DNA of 32,000 bases. Source: Promethearchaeum syntrophicum. Lineage in GTDB: Archaea > Asgardarchaeota > Lokiarchaeia > Sigyniarchaeales > Promethearchaeaceae. Positions within the stretch are counted from its first letter, which is position 1; every line of letters starts with the position of its first letter. Location: contig NZ_CP042905.2 of NCBI RefSeq assembly GCF_008000775.2, forward strand, positions 3,600,001 through 3,632,000, written 5' to 3'. Below are positions 9,311 to 19,303 of the stretch, in pieces. The notes below the pieces were generated by a model. That model was not told the DNA's origin and searched no databases. It saw only the letters and a program-made list of their open reading frames with translations. A program made the position numbers and the translations under genes.

Positions 9311-10609
9311 TCAATGGGGTTTTTTTTTTAATTTCAATTTTATAACTTCTTTTAATAGAGGAATGGCTAAAATGGGCCGGAAGAAGTGTCGTTTAGGGCG
9401 TTCACCGCACATAATTTGAGCCCACATAGCCATGAACTTATCTCCGCGCTTAATACTAGCTGCAGCAAAGGCATCTATAAATATCGGATGTCGGGCTAAA
9501 AATTTTGCCATTTTCAGGGACCATTTATGGTCATTCCCAAATTTTTCCATGCACATTTGCTGATAACGGGTTAAAAATTCTTCGCTAAGATCGTTTTGTC
9601 GAAATCCTTCTGCGATCACTTCTGCAGCAATAGTGCCTGCATCCATGGCATATGCGATACCTCCACCTGTGAGGGGATCAGCGTGGCCTGCGGCATCCCC
9701 TAGTACGATGAAATGGTCTGCATAGGTTCGTTTTTCCATTCCGTACCGGATCGGGGCTGCTTTCATGCTTTCTATATTGGCATCCGGTCCCAGAGCATCT
9801 TTTATCGGTTGATAGTTATCCAAGATTTCATGGTGCATGCGACTCAAGTCTTTTTTCGTGCAGGAACCTCCAGGGAGGATATAACAACAATAGCTGACTG
9901 AATCGTCGGCTTCTCGGAAAAGTGACACATACCCAGGGACTAATTCGGAAGGATAATAAACTACTCCATCTTGTTGGAACCTGTGGGTGCCGGCTTCGAT
10001 ATAAACTGTAGAGCAAACCGTGTTCTTCTTATTTTCTCCCAAATTTTTAACGATTCCTATCGATTGGGCAAGGGCGGATGTCGAACCATCAGCCGCAATG
10101 AGCATCTTCGCTTTGAAAGGTTCATTCTTTTGCCCCTTTGAGTTGATTATCCAATGATTTTGGAGGGTTGAGAATTTTACTTTACCTACATTATATTCTT
10201 CGACCAAAGTGGCTCCTGTTTTTTGGGCTAATCTGACAAGTTTCTCATCCAATATCGTCCTTTTCACGGACAGAGCCAAGGACCCTTTGGATGATTTGGC
10301 TGATGCTCCAAAATATGTGATCCCTCGTGGACTGACCAACCCCCCTTTATCTGCCCACCTACCATGCCCTTCATCGAGAATTTCTTGCAACAAACCCATT
10401 TTCTCAAGGTGGGTTTGGATGGTTTTAAACATAGCATCACCACAAATCTTGCGTCGGGGGAATTTATCCTTTTCTAAGAGTAGGATTTTCTTCCCTTGCT
10501 TTGCCAAATGGTAAGCGCTGGTGGATCCTCCTGGTCCCGCCCCAACAATGCACACATCATAAACAATTTGATTTTTCTCCGACATAAAATCGCCAATTAA
10601 TGATTTCAA
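9311..10609 (-). CDS. geranylgeranyl reductase family FAD-dependent oxidoreductase (start probably the internal Met at about 10585)
   Basis: 432 aa; YDVCIVGAGPGGSTSAYHLAKQGKKILLLEKDKFPRRKICGDA, PYRYGMEKR-type segment, FIVLGDAAGHADPLTGGGIAYAMDAG. Confidence 0.9.
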   Translation of the reverse strand: MKSLIGDFMSEKNQIVYDVCIVGAGPGGSTSAYHLAKQGKKILLLEKDKFPRRKICGDAMFKTIQTHLEKMGLLQEILDEGHGRWADKGGLVSPRGITYFGASAKSSKGSLALSVKRTILDEKLVRLAQKTGATLVEEYNVGKVKFSTLQNHWIINSKGQKNEPFKAKMLIAADGSTSALAQSIGIVKNLGENKKNTVCSTVYIEAGTHRFQQDGVVYYPSELVPGYVSLFREADDSVSYCCYILPGGSCTKKDLSRMHHEILDNYQPIKDALGPDANIESMKAAPIRYGMEKRTYADHFIVLGDAAGHADPLTGGGIAYAMDAGTIAAEVIAEGFRQNDLSEEFLTRYQQMCMEKFGNDHKWSLKMAKFLARHPIFIDAFAAASIKRGDKFMAMWAQIMCGERPKRHFFRPILAIPLLKEVIKLKLKKKPH

Positions 10610-10929
10610 TTTTCAGAAATAAAAACCATTCGATCTAGATATATTGCCGTATCTTGACTGTTTTTGCCAAAAACGGGAAAATATTGTTGAAATTTGAGTT
10701 TATTATTTCTAGATTTTACCTTAACAAAGCAAATTTAGAAGAGACATTCATGTGGATTGTTTTAAATAGACTGAAATGCCTATAAGTCGGAGGGTAGTAG
10801 GTTTAGTTGATACAAAACAATTATTATTTAGTTTAGAAAACAAAACTTCTAATAGAAATTCTACAATTTTTCATCTTGGTTCAGAGAAAATAAAAGTTAT
10901 TATTTGAATTCTTTTTATCCAAAATATAT

Positions 10930-12243
10930 ATGAAGACGACAAATAAGAATGGGATTTGTTATATGAAAAAGGCGCAAAAATGTAGGATTATGCTCATAAT
11001 CTTTTCGCTTTTATGCGTTACTCTTACTTCACAAGTTAAAGTAAGTTCCGCTCTTTCAGAGAAGAATAAAAGACAATCTTTTGATGATGGGGCGTGGTTA
11101 GTCAAACATAAATCTTCTGAACTTATCCAGATCACCGATTTGGTTGTTGATTCTACCAATATTTATGGCTTTGGTACTATCCATGTTGATGACTCTGTAG
11201 AAAAGTCTGATTTACTGCTTATAAATTGGGGACCCGATGGAAATTTAAAATGGTCCAAAGTGATTGAATTTCGCGATCAACAAGCGAGTGCTGGAAAAAT
11301 ATGGTCAGATGGTGCAGCATTATATATAGTCGCGAGGTTTGGAAATAGTGGAGGTCCTTATTCAAGTTGGATGGCTAAATGGGATTTTAATGGAACACAA
11401 ATTTGGAATCGGGTTGGTCGAGGAATCGGGAGCGAGGGTGTATTGAATATATTCGAATCTAATGAAAAAATAATCAAAATTTCTGTTGGTGCTGATAGTA
11501 ATTATTTAAATATTGAAACTATCACAAAAGAAGGAGAGTTCAATTCTATTATCTATATTGATTTAGGGGATTCCCAAGATTTCCGCGATAGTTGGGTAAA
11601 TGGGACGGATTTTTTTCTCACAGGGGATTTAGGTAGTAATGCAACTATACATCATTATTCTCCATCTGGTTCATTGATTGACTCCTTTATCTTACCATTC
11701 TTTGAGAGCAGTATGCGATTTATCGGATCGGACACCAAACTATTGGTCGCCACTGGATCAGATACACAATTCGATTTTTATACGTTAAACCATTCAGGAG
11801 ACATTCTATCGCATGAAAATATAATCATGAATAATGGTGAAACTCCTGATAAATGTTGGCCAGATGCATTTTGGTCGAATGGGAGTTCTTTTTTCCTCTC
11901 CGGTAGTGGTTATGATCCAGAATATTCCCGATTACCGACCCTCATACAATTCTCGCCAGATATGATCATAGAAAAACAAATCAAGATTGGAAATACCATG
12001 GGATACGGGATCACATCGATGACGGGATACAATAACAGTATTTTCATGACCTGGTTTTCTGCGGATCAGTCACTTAATCTGATGAAAATTCCCCTTAATT
12101 CTGAGGTTCTTATGTATGAAATCAAATTTCCCGATTTAAGGGTTACATTACTGATTTCAGGGATTACCCTGGCCGGAATTACAATTCTAATTATAACCCT
12201 TAAACCAATCCTTCAAAAAAAAGGAAAAAATGTTCCAACTTGA
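10930..12243 (+). CDS. secreted/anchored protein, likely beta-propeller-like, with C-terminal TM
   Basis: 437 aa; N-terminal signal-like hydrophobic segment, repeated G-x-W/ILxKW-D-like units (GPDGNLKWSKVIEF, WDFNGTQIWNRVGRG), C-terminal LLISGITLAGITILIITLK. Confidence 0.65.
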   Translation: MKTTNKNGICYMKKAQKCRIMLIIFSLLCVTLTSQVKVSSALSEKNKRQSFDDGAWLVKHKSSELIQITDLVVDSTNIYGFGTIHVDDSVEKSDLLLINWGPDGNLKWSKVIEFRDQQASAGKIWSDGAALYIVARFGNSGGPYSSWMAKWDFNGTQIWNRVGRGIGSEGVLNIFESNEKIIKISVGADSNYLNIETITKEGEFNSIIYIDLGDSQDFRDSWVNGTDFFLTGDLGSNATIHHYSPSGSLIDSFILPFFESSMRFIGSDTKLLVATGSDTQFDFYTLNHSGDILSHENIIMNNGETPDKCWPDAFWSNGSSFFLSGSGYDPEYSRLPTLIQFSPDMIIEKQIKIGNTMGYGITSMTGYNNSIFMTWFSADQSLNLMKIPLNSEVLMYEIKFPDLRVTLLISGITLAGITILIITLKPILQKKGKNVPT

Positions 12244-12301
12244 TAATAGTATGTAAAAGGAAAACAAAAAATATTTTAATCTGACATGTAAAAATATATT
12301 T

Positions 12302-12739
12302 ATGGATGAATCCTCGTTGGAATTTAACCGGCTTTTTTCAATAGAAGAAATCGAAAGTATGAACGCGATTTTTCACGAATTAATAGGAATTATAAGAAAA
12401 ATTATTAAACAAGATTTTAAGCAAAAGATCAGATCTCGCCGCCATTTTAAACCGATCACGATCATCACGAAAGAGAATGAAATTGTAATTCATCAAAAAA
12501 AAAAAATTATCCAATTTTCGGATTTAATTGCTCCATTATATGATCCAAAAGATTGGGTCTCTTTCAATCAAGTGGCTTCAGTCATGCTTTTGGAGATTGT
12601 TGGGGGGGTCGCCATTTGGCAATTGGGTGTGGAATGGGGAGAAAAATTCCTTGAAGAAAATGTGGTTAAAAACTTAAACAAAAAATATCATGATTTGCTT
12701 GTTTTAGGCCAAAAAAGAGTGTTTAGTATCCGATTTTGA
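12302..12739 (+). CDS. hypothetical protein
   Basis: 145 aa ORF; its C-terminus has a decayed duplicate at 15006..15163, supporting that it is a real gene. Confidence 0.6.
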   Translation: MDESSLEFNRLFSIEEIESMNAIFHELIGIIRKIIKQDFKQKIRSRRHFKPITIITKENEIVIHQKKKIIQFSDLIAPLYDPKDWVSFNQVASVMLLEIVGGVAIWQLGVEWGEKFLEENVVKNLNKKYHDLLVLGQKRVFSIRF

Positions 12740-13267
12740 AGATTTTCAAGAATAAATATTATCTTTTTCATAGTTCCAATTGTTACCCAAACTCTAATTT
12801 CCCACTTTTATCTTAGACTATATAATACTCCGATATTATTATCTCCCCGAGAATAAAAATCAAATAATTTTTTTTTAAAAAACAGCTTTGGATACCTCCT
12901 CCACACTCGCATCAATTATAATTGAGAATCAAATGAGATATTGAGTTTTTGGAAAGATGAAGGCTTTTAATTCAAAGGATTTTTTGTAAAAAAAAAATCA
13001 GAAAGAAATGGAGATTTGAAAGAATTTTTATAGATTTGGATAACCTATTTTCCATCTGTTATATTAATCAAGGAAATCACCATCATGATTTAATGTTTCA
13101 AAGAATATCCAAAATTTAGCTATGATAATTAATTCCAAGTCAGTAATATCGCCTTGAAGATTTTGAGTTCGAAGAGGTTGACTTGGCGAGTTAAACGGTG
13201 AAAATTATCCACCAGAGTTAAAGATGTCAAGGGGGATGAAATATTTAAATACAGTCGTGTCAAAATA

Positions 13268-14785
13268 ATGACTAACCAATTATTCAATAATTGGTTAAGT
13301 AAAAAGAGTGAAAAAAAAATGTCGCGTAAAATTCGTATTTTAATAAAGGTCAACATAATCTTTATGATCTTGCTAATTCCGAGTATTGGAATTATTAATC
13401 TAGCGTCTGCAGCGCAAATTTCCTCCATAATTGCATATTCTCCTGATGGGAAGGGATATATTGAAGAACTGAGTTCAGGAAAACAATTAATTCATATGGA
13501 AGGGAGCCCTTATGAAATGGGCTATCAACAGGGCTATCTAGATCCTATCAGTGTTGAGCGTTTAGCTTCAGTTGATTGGTTTAAAAACGTAGTTCTAAAT
13601 TTACTAGAAGCTGAGGATTGGATTCTACTGTTTATTATGAAAAAAGTTCTTAATTATAATCGGTTGATGAGTGAAGTTGGGAGTGTTGTAGATGAACCAA
13701 CTATAGCTGCGGTTGCGGCTCAAAGTACTGATAATCTTGATATGTTGTTAGATAAGTTATTTATTTTATGCCATGAATTAGTAGCATATAATAGTATTTA
13801 TGTACCTCAAGAATTTCTGGATGAAATCCAAGGTGTGGCAGATGGAGCAACAGATGCAGGTCATCCTGTATCCTATGAAGAGGTTCTTCTTTTAAATATG
13901 GGAATGGATGCATTGCTTGCTTTGGCATACCCCGTCGTAGAACCTTATCTTTTCTGGATGGATCTCTTTAGTTTTCTCTCGTGTAGCGGATATGTAGCTC
14001 AAGGTGCAGCCACAACAGATGGACACACAATTATGGGTCGTCATTGGCAATTTACATCGTATGTGACCCATGAAGAAATGATTTTAATGGAATATTGCCC
14101 AGATAGCGGAAATCAATTTCTTAGTACTTCTTGCGCGGGTTTTGTTGGGGTCACCTCAGCAATGAACGATCAAGGCTTGGGAATTGGTAATGACATGGTT
14201 CCTGCACAAGATTGTAATCCTGCTAATTTTGGAATGGGAACACTTTTAACTGCCCGATATGTTATGCAATATACAAACCAATTGAGTGAAGCTATTAATT
14301 TTATTACAACCCATACTCGTGGATGTTCCTGGATATATGGAATTGGTGATGGACGAAATGGTGAAACTGGAGGTGTAGCTTTAGAAACCTCCACCAACTA
14401 TTACCGGGTGCGGGATATGACATATACTCGCCCTTGGTGGGCAATTTTCTCCTTTAATACAATTGAAAAGAAAAGTGATTTGGTTACATACACCAATCAT
14501 TATATCTATTATAGAATGAATGATTTAGCCGATTCAACCGCAATTGACGATTCTGTCGATCGTTACACTTGGCTCACAAATCTTGCATTGGATATGTACG
14601 GAACATTAGATTTAGATTCTGGGAGTGTACTGATTGATTATCTTCATCCCCCAAATTATGGTTATTATGGATCGGATCTTACCCAACCTGTTGGATGTGC
14701 AGTCACGTGTTGGGATTTAACAACATTGGAAGCCAAGGCTTTATTCGGATATTATAATGACGATTGGGTATATCGCTCCCTTTAA
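13268..14785 (+). CDS. secreted Ntn-hydrolase, peptidase C45 / acyl-CoA:6-APA acyltransferase-like; true start probably 13319
   Basis: 505 aa; signal peptide after second Met (MSRKIRILIKVNIIFMILLIPSIGIINLASAAQ), EGSPYEMGYQQGYL, CSGYVAQGAATTDGHTIMGRHWQF, SCAGFVGVTSAMNDQGLGIGNDM. Confidence 0.75.
   Translation: MTNQLFNNWLSKKSEKKMSRKIRILIKVNIIFMILLIPSIGIINLASAAQISSIIAYSPDGKGYIEELSSGKQLIHMEGSPYEMGYQQGYLDPISVERLASVDWFKNVVLNLLEAEDWILLFIMKKVLNYNRLMSEVGSVVDEPTIAAVAAQSTDNLDMLLDKLFILCHELVAYNSIYVPQEFLDEIQGVADGATDAGHPVSYEEVLLLNMGMDALLALAYPVVEPYLFWMDLFSFLSCSGYVAQGAATTDGHTIMGRHWQFTSYVTHEEMILMEYCPDSGNQFLSTSCAGFVGVTSAMNDQGLGIGNDMVPAQDCNPANFGMGTLLTARYVMQYTNQLSEAINFITTHTRGCSWIYGIGDGRNGETGGVALETSTNYYRVRDMTYTRPWWAIFSFNTIEKKSDLVTYTNHYIYYRMNDLADSTAIDDSVDRYTWLTNLALDMYGTLDLDSGSVLIDYLHPPNYGYYGSDLTQPVGCAVTCWDLTTLEAKALFGYYNDDWVYRSL
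13273..13297. promoter_or_regulatory. 25-bp near-perfect palindrome (12-bp arms, 1-nt centre)
   Basis: TAACCAATTATT-c-AATAATTGGTTA immediately 5' of the likely true ATG (13319). Confidence 0.45.
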
Positions 14786-15005
14786 GAGTGAAGAAAATAT
14801 GCTGGAGAGATTCCAAGGATTCCATCAGAAACTTCCTCTTTTTTTTTATTTTTGAATTTTTGAATTTTCTCTTTTCTCTCAGTTGGGGAAATTAAATACC
14901 GAAGAATTTCTTTAGAGTTAATATCACCAGTTGGATTAGTCTTGAAGATTTTAATTTGTTAAAAACATTAATAGTGAATTTTTCTACCTAATGAGAAGTG
15001 TATAT

Positions 15006-15163
15006 ATGCTTTTTGAGAATGCAAAAACAGTCGTAATTTGGCAATTGGGTGTTTTATGGGGAGTAAAATTTATTGAAGACGAAATCGTTAAAGGGTTAAA
15101 CAAAAAATATCAAGATATGATTGTTTTAGGATAAAAAAGGGTGTTCTGTATCCAATTTTAAGA
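15006..15163 (+). pseudogene. relic of the 3' end of the 12302..12739 gene
   Basis: Translates MLFENAKTVVIWQLGVLWGVKFIEDEIVKGLNKKYQDMIVLG*KRVFCIQF versus MLLEIVGGVAIWQLGVEWGEKFLEENVVKNLNKKYHDLLVLGQKRVFSIRF; TAA replaces CAA. Confidence 0.85.
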
Positions 15164-15213
15164 TTATCAAAATTTTCAAGATTTAAAAAATATCGATGAA
15201 TAATCATTTTTTT

Positions 15214-16131
15214 TCATTTCATTATGTTGGATTCAAGAATAGAAAAATATAAATCAATAATTCCTTTCCATTCATTTTCTGTTAATTCCCGTACTTCTAA
15301 ACCATTCTTCGGTACATAGGTAACGATGATCATCGATGGCTTATATTGTACATAAGGTTTGAATTCTAACTCGATATCCACTTCTTTATTATATTTCTTC
15401 TTGGACAGGTGTCCATTTTTTATCCATGTATCTAATTCCAGTCCAACTCCTCCAAAAGAAGTTGCACAAATGAGTTTTATTTCCATAGCAGGGTATTTTG
15501 CGGGATTAACTAGGATATTGGTAGGTCCCATTTGAATCATGCTTTCCCTTTCGGTTATTGTTATCTCTATTCTAATTTTTTCGGGATCATAGTATTTCTT
15601 TATTAATTCTGCAGTAAGGATCGTTTGTTCGATGTTATGAATAAATATGGTTCCAATTTTTCGTTTTTCTGGCTCTTTTTCATAGAAAGTAATATATCCG
15701 ATCCCTATTTCCCCTAGACAATAAAGGATGGAAATGAGAATGATATGGATTTGAAAAACATTATTAATCACTAATACTAATGGAACTACCAATATCGCAA
15801 TTCCTCCAAGAAAAATTAGCACCAGATTGAAAATTATTTTAAATTTTTTCGGTTTTTCATGATATTCAATAGATGGATATTGATTATACAAATCAATAAA
15901 TTCCTCTAGAGTAATTATCAGTTTGCGCTGATGAGGACTGAAGATTTTTATTGGAATGCCCAAACTCATTCCCATCGCAACTAAAATACCAAAATTCATG
16001 AATCCACCAAAATATTCCCCAAAGAAATACAACAGTATCGGACCAATTGTTATGATAATCAATCCACTTATCACAATTTGAATGGTCTTTTGCTTTCCAT
16101 TCCATGGTTGAAACTTGTTTTCAATTGACAT
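15214..16131 (-). CDS. hypothetical membrane protein
   Basis: 305 aa; four predicted TM segments in two hydrophobic hairpins flanking a soluble region. Confidence 0.6.
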   Translation of the reverse strand: MSIENKFQPWNGKQKTIQIVISGLIIITIGPILLYFFGEYFGGFMNFGILVAMGMSLGIPIKIFSPHQRKLIITLEEFIDLYNQYPSIEYHEKPKKFKIIFNLVLIFLGGIAILVVPLVLVINNVFQIHIILISILYCLGEIGIGYITFYEKEPEKRKIGTIFIHNIEQTILTAELIKKYYDPEKIRIEITITERESMIQMGPTNILVNPAKYPAMEIKLICATSFGGVGLELDTWIKNGHLSKKKYNKEVDIELEFKPYVQYKPSMIIVTYVPKNGLEVRELTENEWKGIIDLYFSILESNIMK

Positions 16132-16705
16132 ACTACAATTTCATTTACGATAGATATATAAAATGTGTGATTTCAAAGTAGGAAATTCTTGGATTAAAAA
16201 GAAACCCTAATTTTTCTATACTTAATCAAAACCTTGTAATAAAACATTTTAAATCTAATATTTCAAGGTTTAAGGAGTGAGAATTCCCTCTCCGACATAA
16301 TTCCATTTTATATTAAAGATTAAATGGAAAAATATAATGCACTCATCTACTTTGTTGATTTCACTACAAAGTATTAACAAAACCCTCCTAAAGAAGAGAA
16401 AGCTGTCAATTTTATCCATATCTGAAATGTATGAATTGATTTTCCAATAATTATTAATTAAGTAAAAATGACAAACGTAAAGCATTTGGTGAAGCTATAA
16501 TTTTGAAAAATTCCGATATAGAAAACATCTTTTAATATGGTTTTGAAAGCTGTAATGATTGACCCCATACCTAAGATTTGCTTCAATCTGTTATCTGAAA
16601 CACGAGGAGATGGTCCTAGGGGCAAAATTGCCCAGAGAGCGATGAAAAATGCAGAATTTGTTCGTTCATAATTCTCTTATTTAACTCTATTGGAATAATC
16701 TTTAA

Positions 16706-17254
16706 CTATTTAACATGGTTGAAAGCACTTTTAATGCTGTTCAGGTTAAAAATCGATGTATCAAATATCTTGATGGACTTCTTATGCCCTTGGATGAAGG
16801 ATTCAACCTTGTCAAGGAACATTTGTTTGAGGTTTTTTTTGGTCGGATCAAAATTTGGATCGGTTTTATTAAACAGGATATTGATTTCTGCATCAGGGCT
16901 ATTTCTTACAATTATTGGAAGCACTGTCATGAAGTACATGATGGAATTAAATAACCGATAATAATCTTGAACATCGATAACATAAAATGCAAATGAGATA
17001 GAGCGAAGATAGGTTTCAGGATCAGCTAAGTATTCATTACGATAGACTTCTTGCCCTCCAAAATCCCAAACTACAAGATTTCTCTCGGAGATGACACTTC
17101 TCTCAATATTCTTGGTAGGCGACATATCAGGAGGGGTAAGTTGGTTAAATCTAATTTTATCCGTGAGAACATCAACAATAGTGGTTTTTCCCGCATTTTC
17201 CAAGCCCATAAGAATAACTTTTATTAAATCTTCTCGATTCATTTCGTTGCTCAT
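16706..17254 (-). CDS. small GTPase of Arf/Rag-like type
   Basis: 182 aa; G1 GLENAGKTT, G3 WDFGGQE, G4 FNKTD, G5-like DTSIFN. Confidence 0.88.
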   Translation of the reverse strand: MSNEMNREDLIKVILMGLENAGKTTIVDVLTDKIRFNQLTPPDMSPTKNIERSVISERNLVVWDFGGQEVYRNEYLADPETYLRSISFAFYVIDVQDYYRLFNSIMYFMTVLPIIVRNSPDAEINILFNKTDPNFDPTKKNLKQMFLDKVESFIQGHKKSIKIFDTSIFNLNSIKSAFNHVK

Positions 17255-17378
17255 TAAACATCAAGTTGTATTTATCTTATATAAAAAAGATTGCATTGAT
17301 AAAAACTGGTCTAAAAATTATTAATAATAGAGTCTTTACTTTTTGTATTTAGGACAGACGAAAGTCCGATGAAAAAAA

Positions 17379-17807
17379 ATGAAGAACACACATTGCTCAT
17401 ACGATTCATCACGTGCTGGTGAATCAGAACGCTTAAGTTTAGCTCGAAAAGAAATGAAAGACGCCTGGATTGGATTAATCATTGTTAGTATAGTTATGGC
17501 AGCATTATTCCATTCAGCCTGGTGGTCATTGATCCCGCGGGTCGTATTATTTATTCATGCAATTGATAAAACAGCAAAATACTCCCGAATTAAAGATGCA
17601 GATAGAAGATTGAAGGCACAAGAATCAAGGCAAAGACAATACGGAACTCCTACTGAAACTTCGTATTACGGGAAACCGGAACAACCTACAATTATTACCT
17701 CACCTTCTAAGGCAACCTCCGGCTTTTGCCCATTATGTGGACAAAAACATGAAAGAGACGCAGTCTTTTGTTCGGCTTGCGGAACTGATTTGAGACAAGG
17801 GGCTTAA
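17379..17807 (+). CDS. membrane protein with C-terminal double-CxxC zinc ribbon
   Basis: 142 aa; hydrophobic WIGLIIVSIVMAALFHSAWW...VLFIHAI and FCPLCGQKHERDAVFCSACGTDL. Confidence 0.65.
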   Translation: MKNTHCSYDSSRAGESERLSLARKEMKDAWIGLIIVSIVMAALFHSAWWSLIPRVVLFIHAIDKTAKYSRIKDADRRLKAQESRQRQYGTPTETSYYGKPEQPTIITSPSKATSGFCPLCGQKHERDAVFCSACGTDLRQGA

Positions 17808-18013
17808 TTTCTTTTTTAATTTTTTCTTACTTACCTATCTTATAGCGCATTTTATAAGAACACTATAGATTTCGGTTCAGTTAGTCACGCAAATTAGTAA
17901 ATTTAGATTAATAGCTTCTATTGATTTGATTGTATTAGTTTTCTAAGCATTTTTTTTTTAATGAATTTTAATAAAACCAAAATTTTTTCCCATTTCCGAT
18001 ATAATCATCTTAT

Positions 18014-18511
18014 ATGAAATTCGAGGAATTTACACCCGAACAAAAAAGAATGTATGATCTTAGACATTTCCCCGTTCGCCCACATGTAGGAGTTGGGGGA
18101 GTAATTGTTTGGAATAACCAAATTTTACTTATTAAACGAAAATATAATCCATCTGCAGGAAAATGGGCAATACCTGGAGGTCACTTAAAATTAGGAGAGC
18201 CAACACCAACAGGTGCACTTCGAGAATGTGAAGAAGAAACAGGATTAAATCTTCAAATTGTTAAATTGGCAGGCGTAATTGATCGAATCGATCAAGAAAA
18301 TAGCGGAAAATATGAATATCATTATGTTCTGGTTGATTATTTCATGAAAGTAATCGGAGATTTTACAGTCAAAAATCCTCCAATACCTAAAGCACAATCT
18401 GATGTAGAAGAAGCAATATTTATTACCTTTAAAGACCTTTCTCAATATAACTTAACAAGAACGACAAAAGAACTTTTAATTCAACTTAACATAATGGATT
18501 TAAATGGGTAG
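18014..18511 (+). CDS. NUDIX hydrolase
   Basis: 165 aa; Nudix box GGHLKLGEPTPTGALRECEEETGLNL. Confidence 0.92.
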   Translation: MKFEEFTPEQKRMYDLRHFPVRPHVGVGGVIVWNNQILLIKRKYNPSAGKWAIPGGHLKLGEPTPTGALRECEEETGLNLQIVKLAGVIDRIDQENSGKYEYHYVLVDYFMKVIGDFTVKNPPIPKAQSDVEEAIFITFKDLSQYNLTRTTKELLIQLNIMDLNG

Positions 18512-18528
18512 TCTTTAAATATTATATA

Positions 18529-18915
18529 ATGGAATTAACACCGTTGCATCACCAAAAATTAGAACGATATATTGATCAACTTCAAGATGATCCGAATATT
18601 TTGGCAATGGTAGTATATGGAAGTGCAACTAAATCTAATAAATATAATGATATTGATATTGCATTAATTGCATTTCCTGAAAAAATTCCATACATTGATG
18701 AACTTAAATATATGTTAGGAACTAATGAAGAATTTGATATTCATTTTCTTCATAAATTGCCGGTTTACATTCAAAAAGATGCTATTAAAGGGAAACTTAA
18801 ATTCTATAAAGATTATCAAATAATTTTTAACGTTTTTATTAATATCATAAGAGAATGGGATGATTTTCATAAAAGGTATGGTTTATTTCTGGAAGTGATA
18901 CGAGATGGCTTATGA
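18529..18915 (+). CDS. MNT-type minimal nucleotidyltransferase (antitoxin, MntA-like)
   Basis: 128 aa; VVYGSATKSNKYNDIDIALIAF (GS-x8-DxD); adjacent to HEPN gene. Confidence 0.82.
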   Translation: MELTPLHHQKLERYIDQLQDDPNILAMVVYGSATKSNKYNDIDIALIAFPEKIPYIDELKYMLGTNEEFDIHFLHKLPVYIQKDAIKGKLKFYKDYQIIFNVFINIIREWDDFHKRYGLFLEVIRDGL

Positions 18916-19303
18916 GAGAATAATAAATCGAATTGCATTTATTAAAACAAATTTATCTTTGCTAAAAAAATTGATTCCTTCAAATATTGAGTTGTATATT
19001 AATAATCAGACTATTCAACTGGCAATTGAACGTCTATTACAGATTATAATTGAAGCAATAATGGATATATGTATTCAACTTGTAGGATACTTAAATTTAG
19101 GAATTCCGAAGTCAGAAACTAATATATTAGACCTTCTTGAAAAAAAAATACCTTCCGTTAATAAACTTCGGGAATTAAAAAAATTTAGAAACGTACTCGT
19201 GCACCAATATGTTAGAATTGAACCTCAAAAGATATTTGCCCATGCTTCTAAATTTCCAGATGATTTGAAAATAATTTTGCATGAAATCAATAAACTAATT
19301 TAG
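18905..19303 (+). CDS. HEPN-domain ribonuclease toxin (HepT-like)
   Basis: 132 aa; RNVLVHQY = RX4HXY motif, helical ORF overlapping the MNT gene. Confidence 0.85.
   Translation: MAYERIINRIAFIKTNLSLLKKLIPSNIELYINNQTIQLAIERLLQIIIEAIMDICIQLVGYLNLGIPKSETNILDLLEKKIPSVNKLRELKKFRNVLVHQYVRIEPQKIFAHASKFPDDLKIILHEINKLI

Noticed and set aside
13129-13428. 99-aa minus-strand ORF overlapping the start of the C45-like gene
   Set aside because: Antisense to a signal-peptide-bearing, motif-supported CDS; likely spurious.
16715-16961. Two plus-strand ORFs over the GTPase gene
   Set aside because: Antisense to the GTPase CDS with clear G1/G3/G4 motifs.
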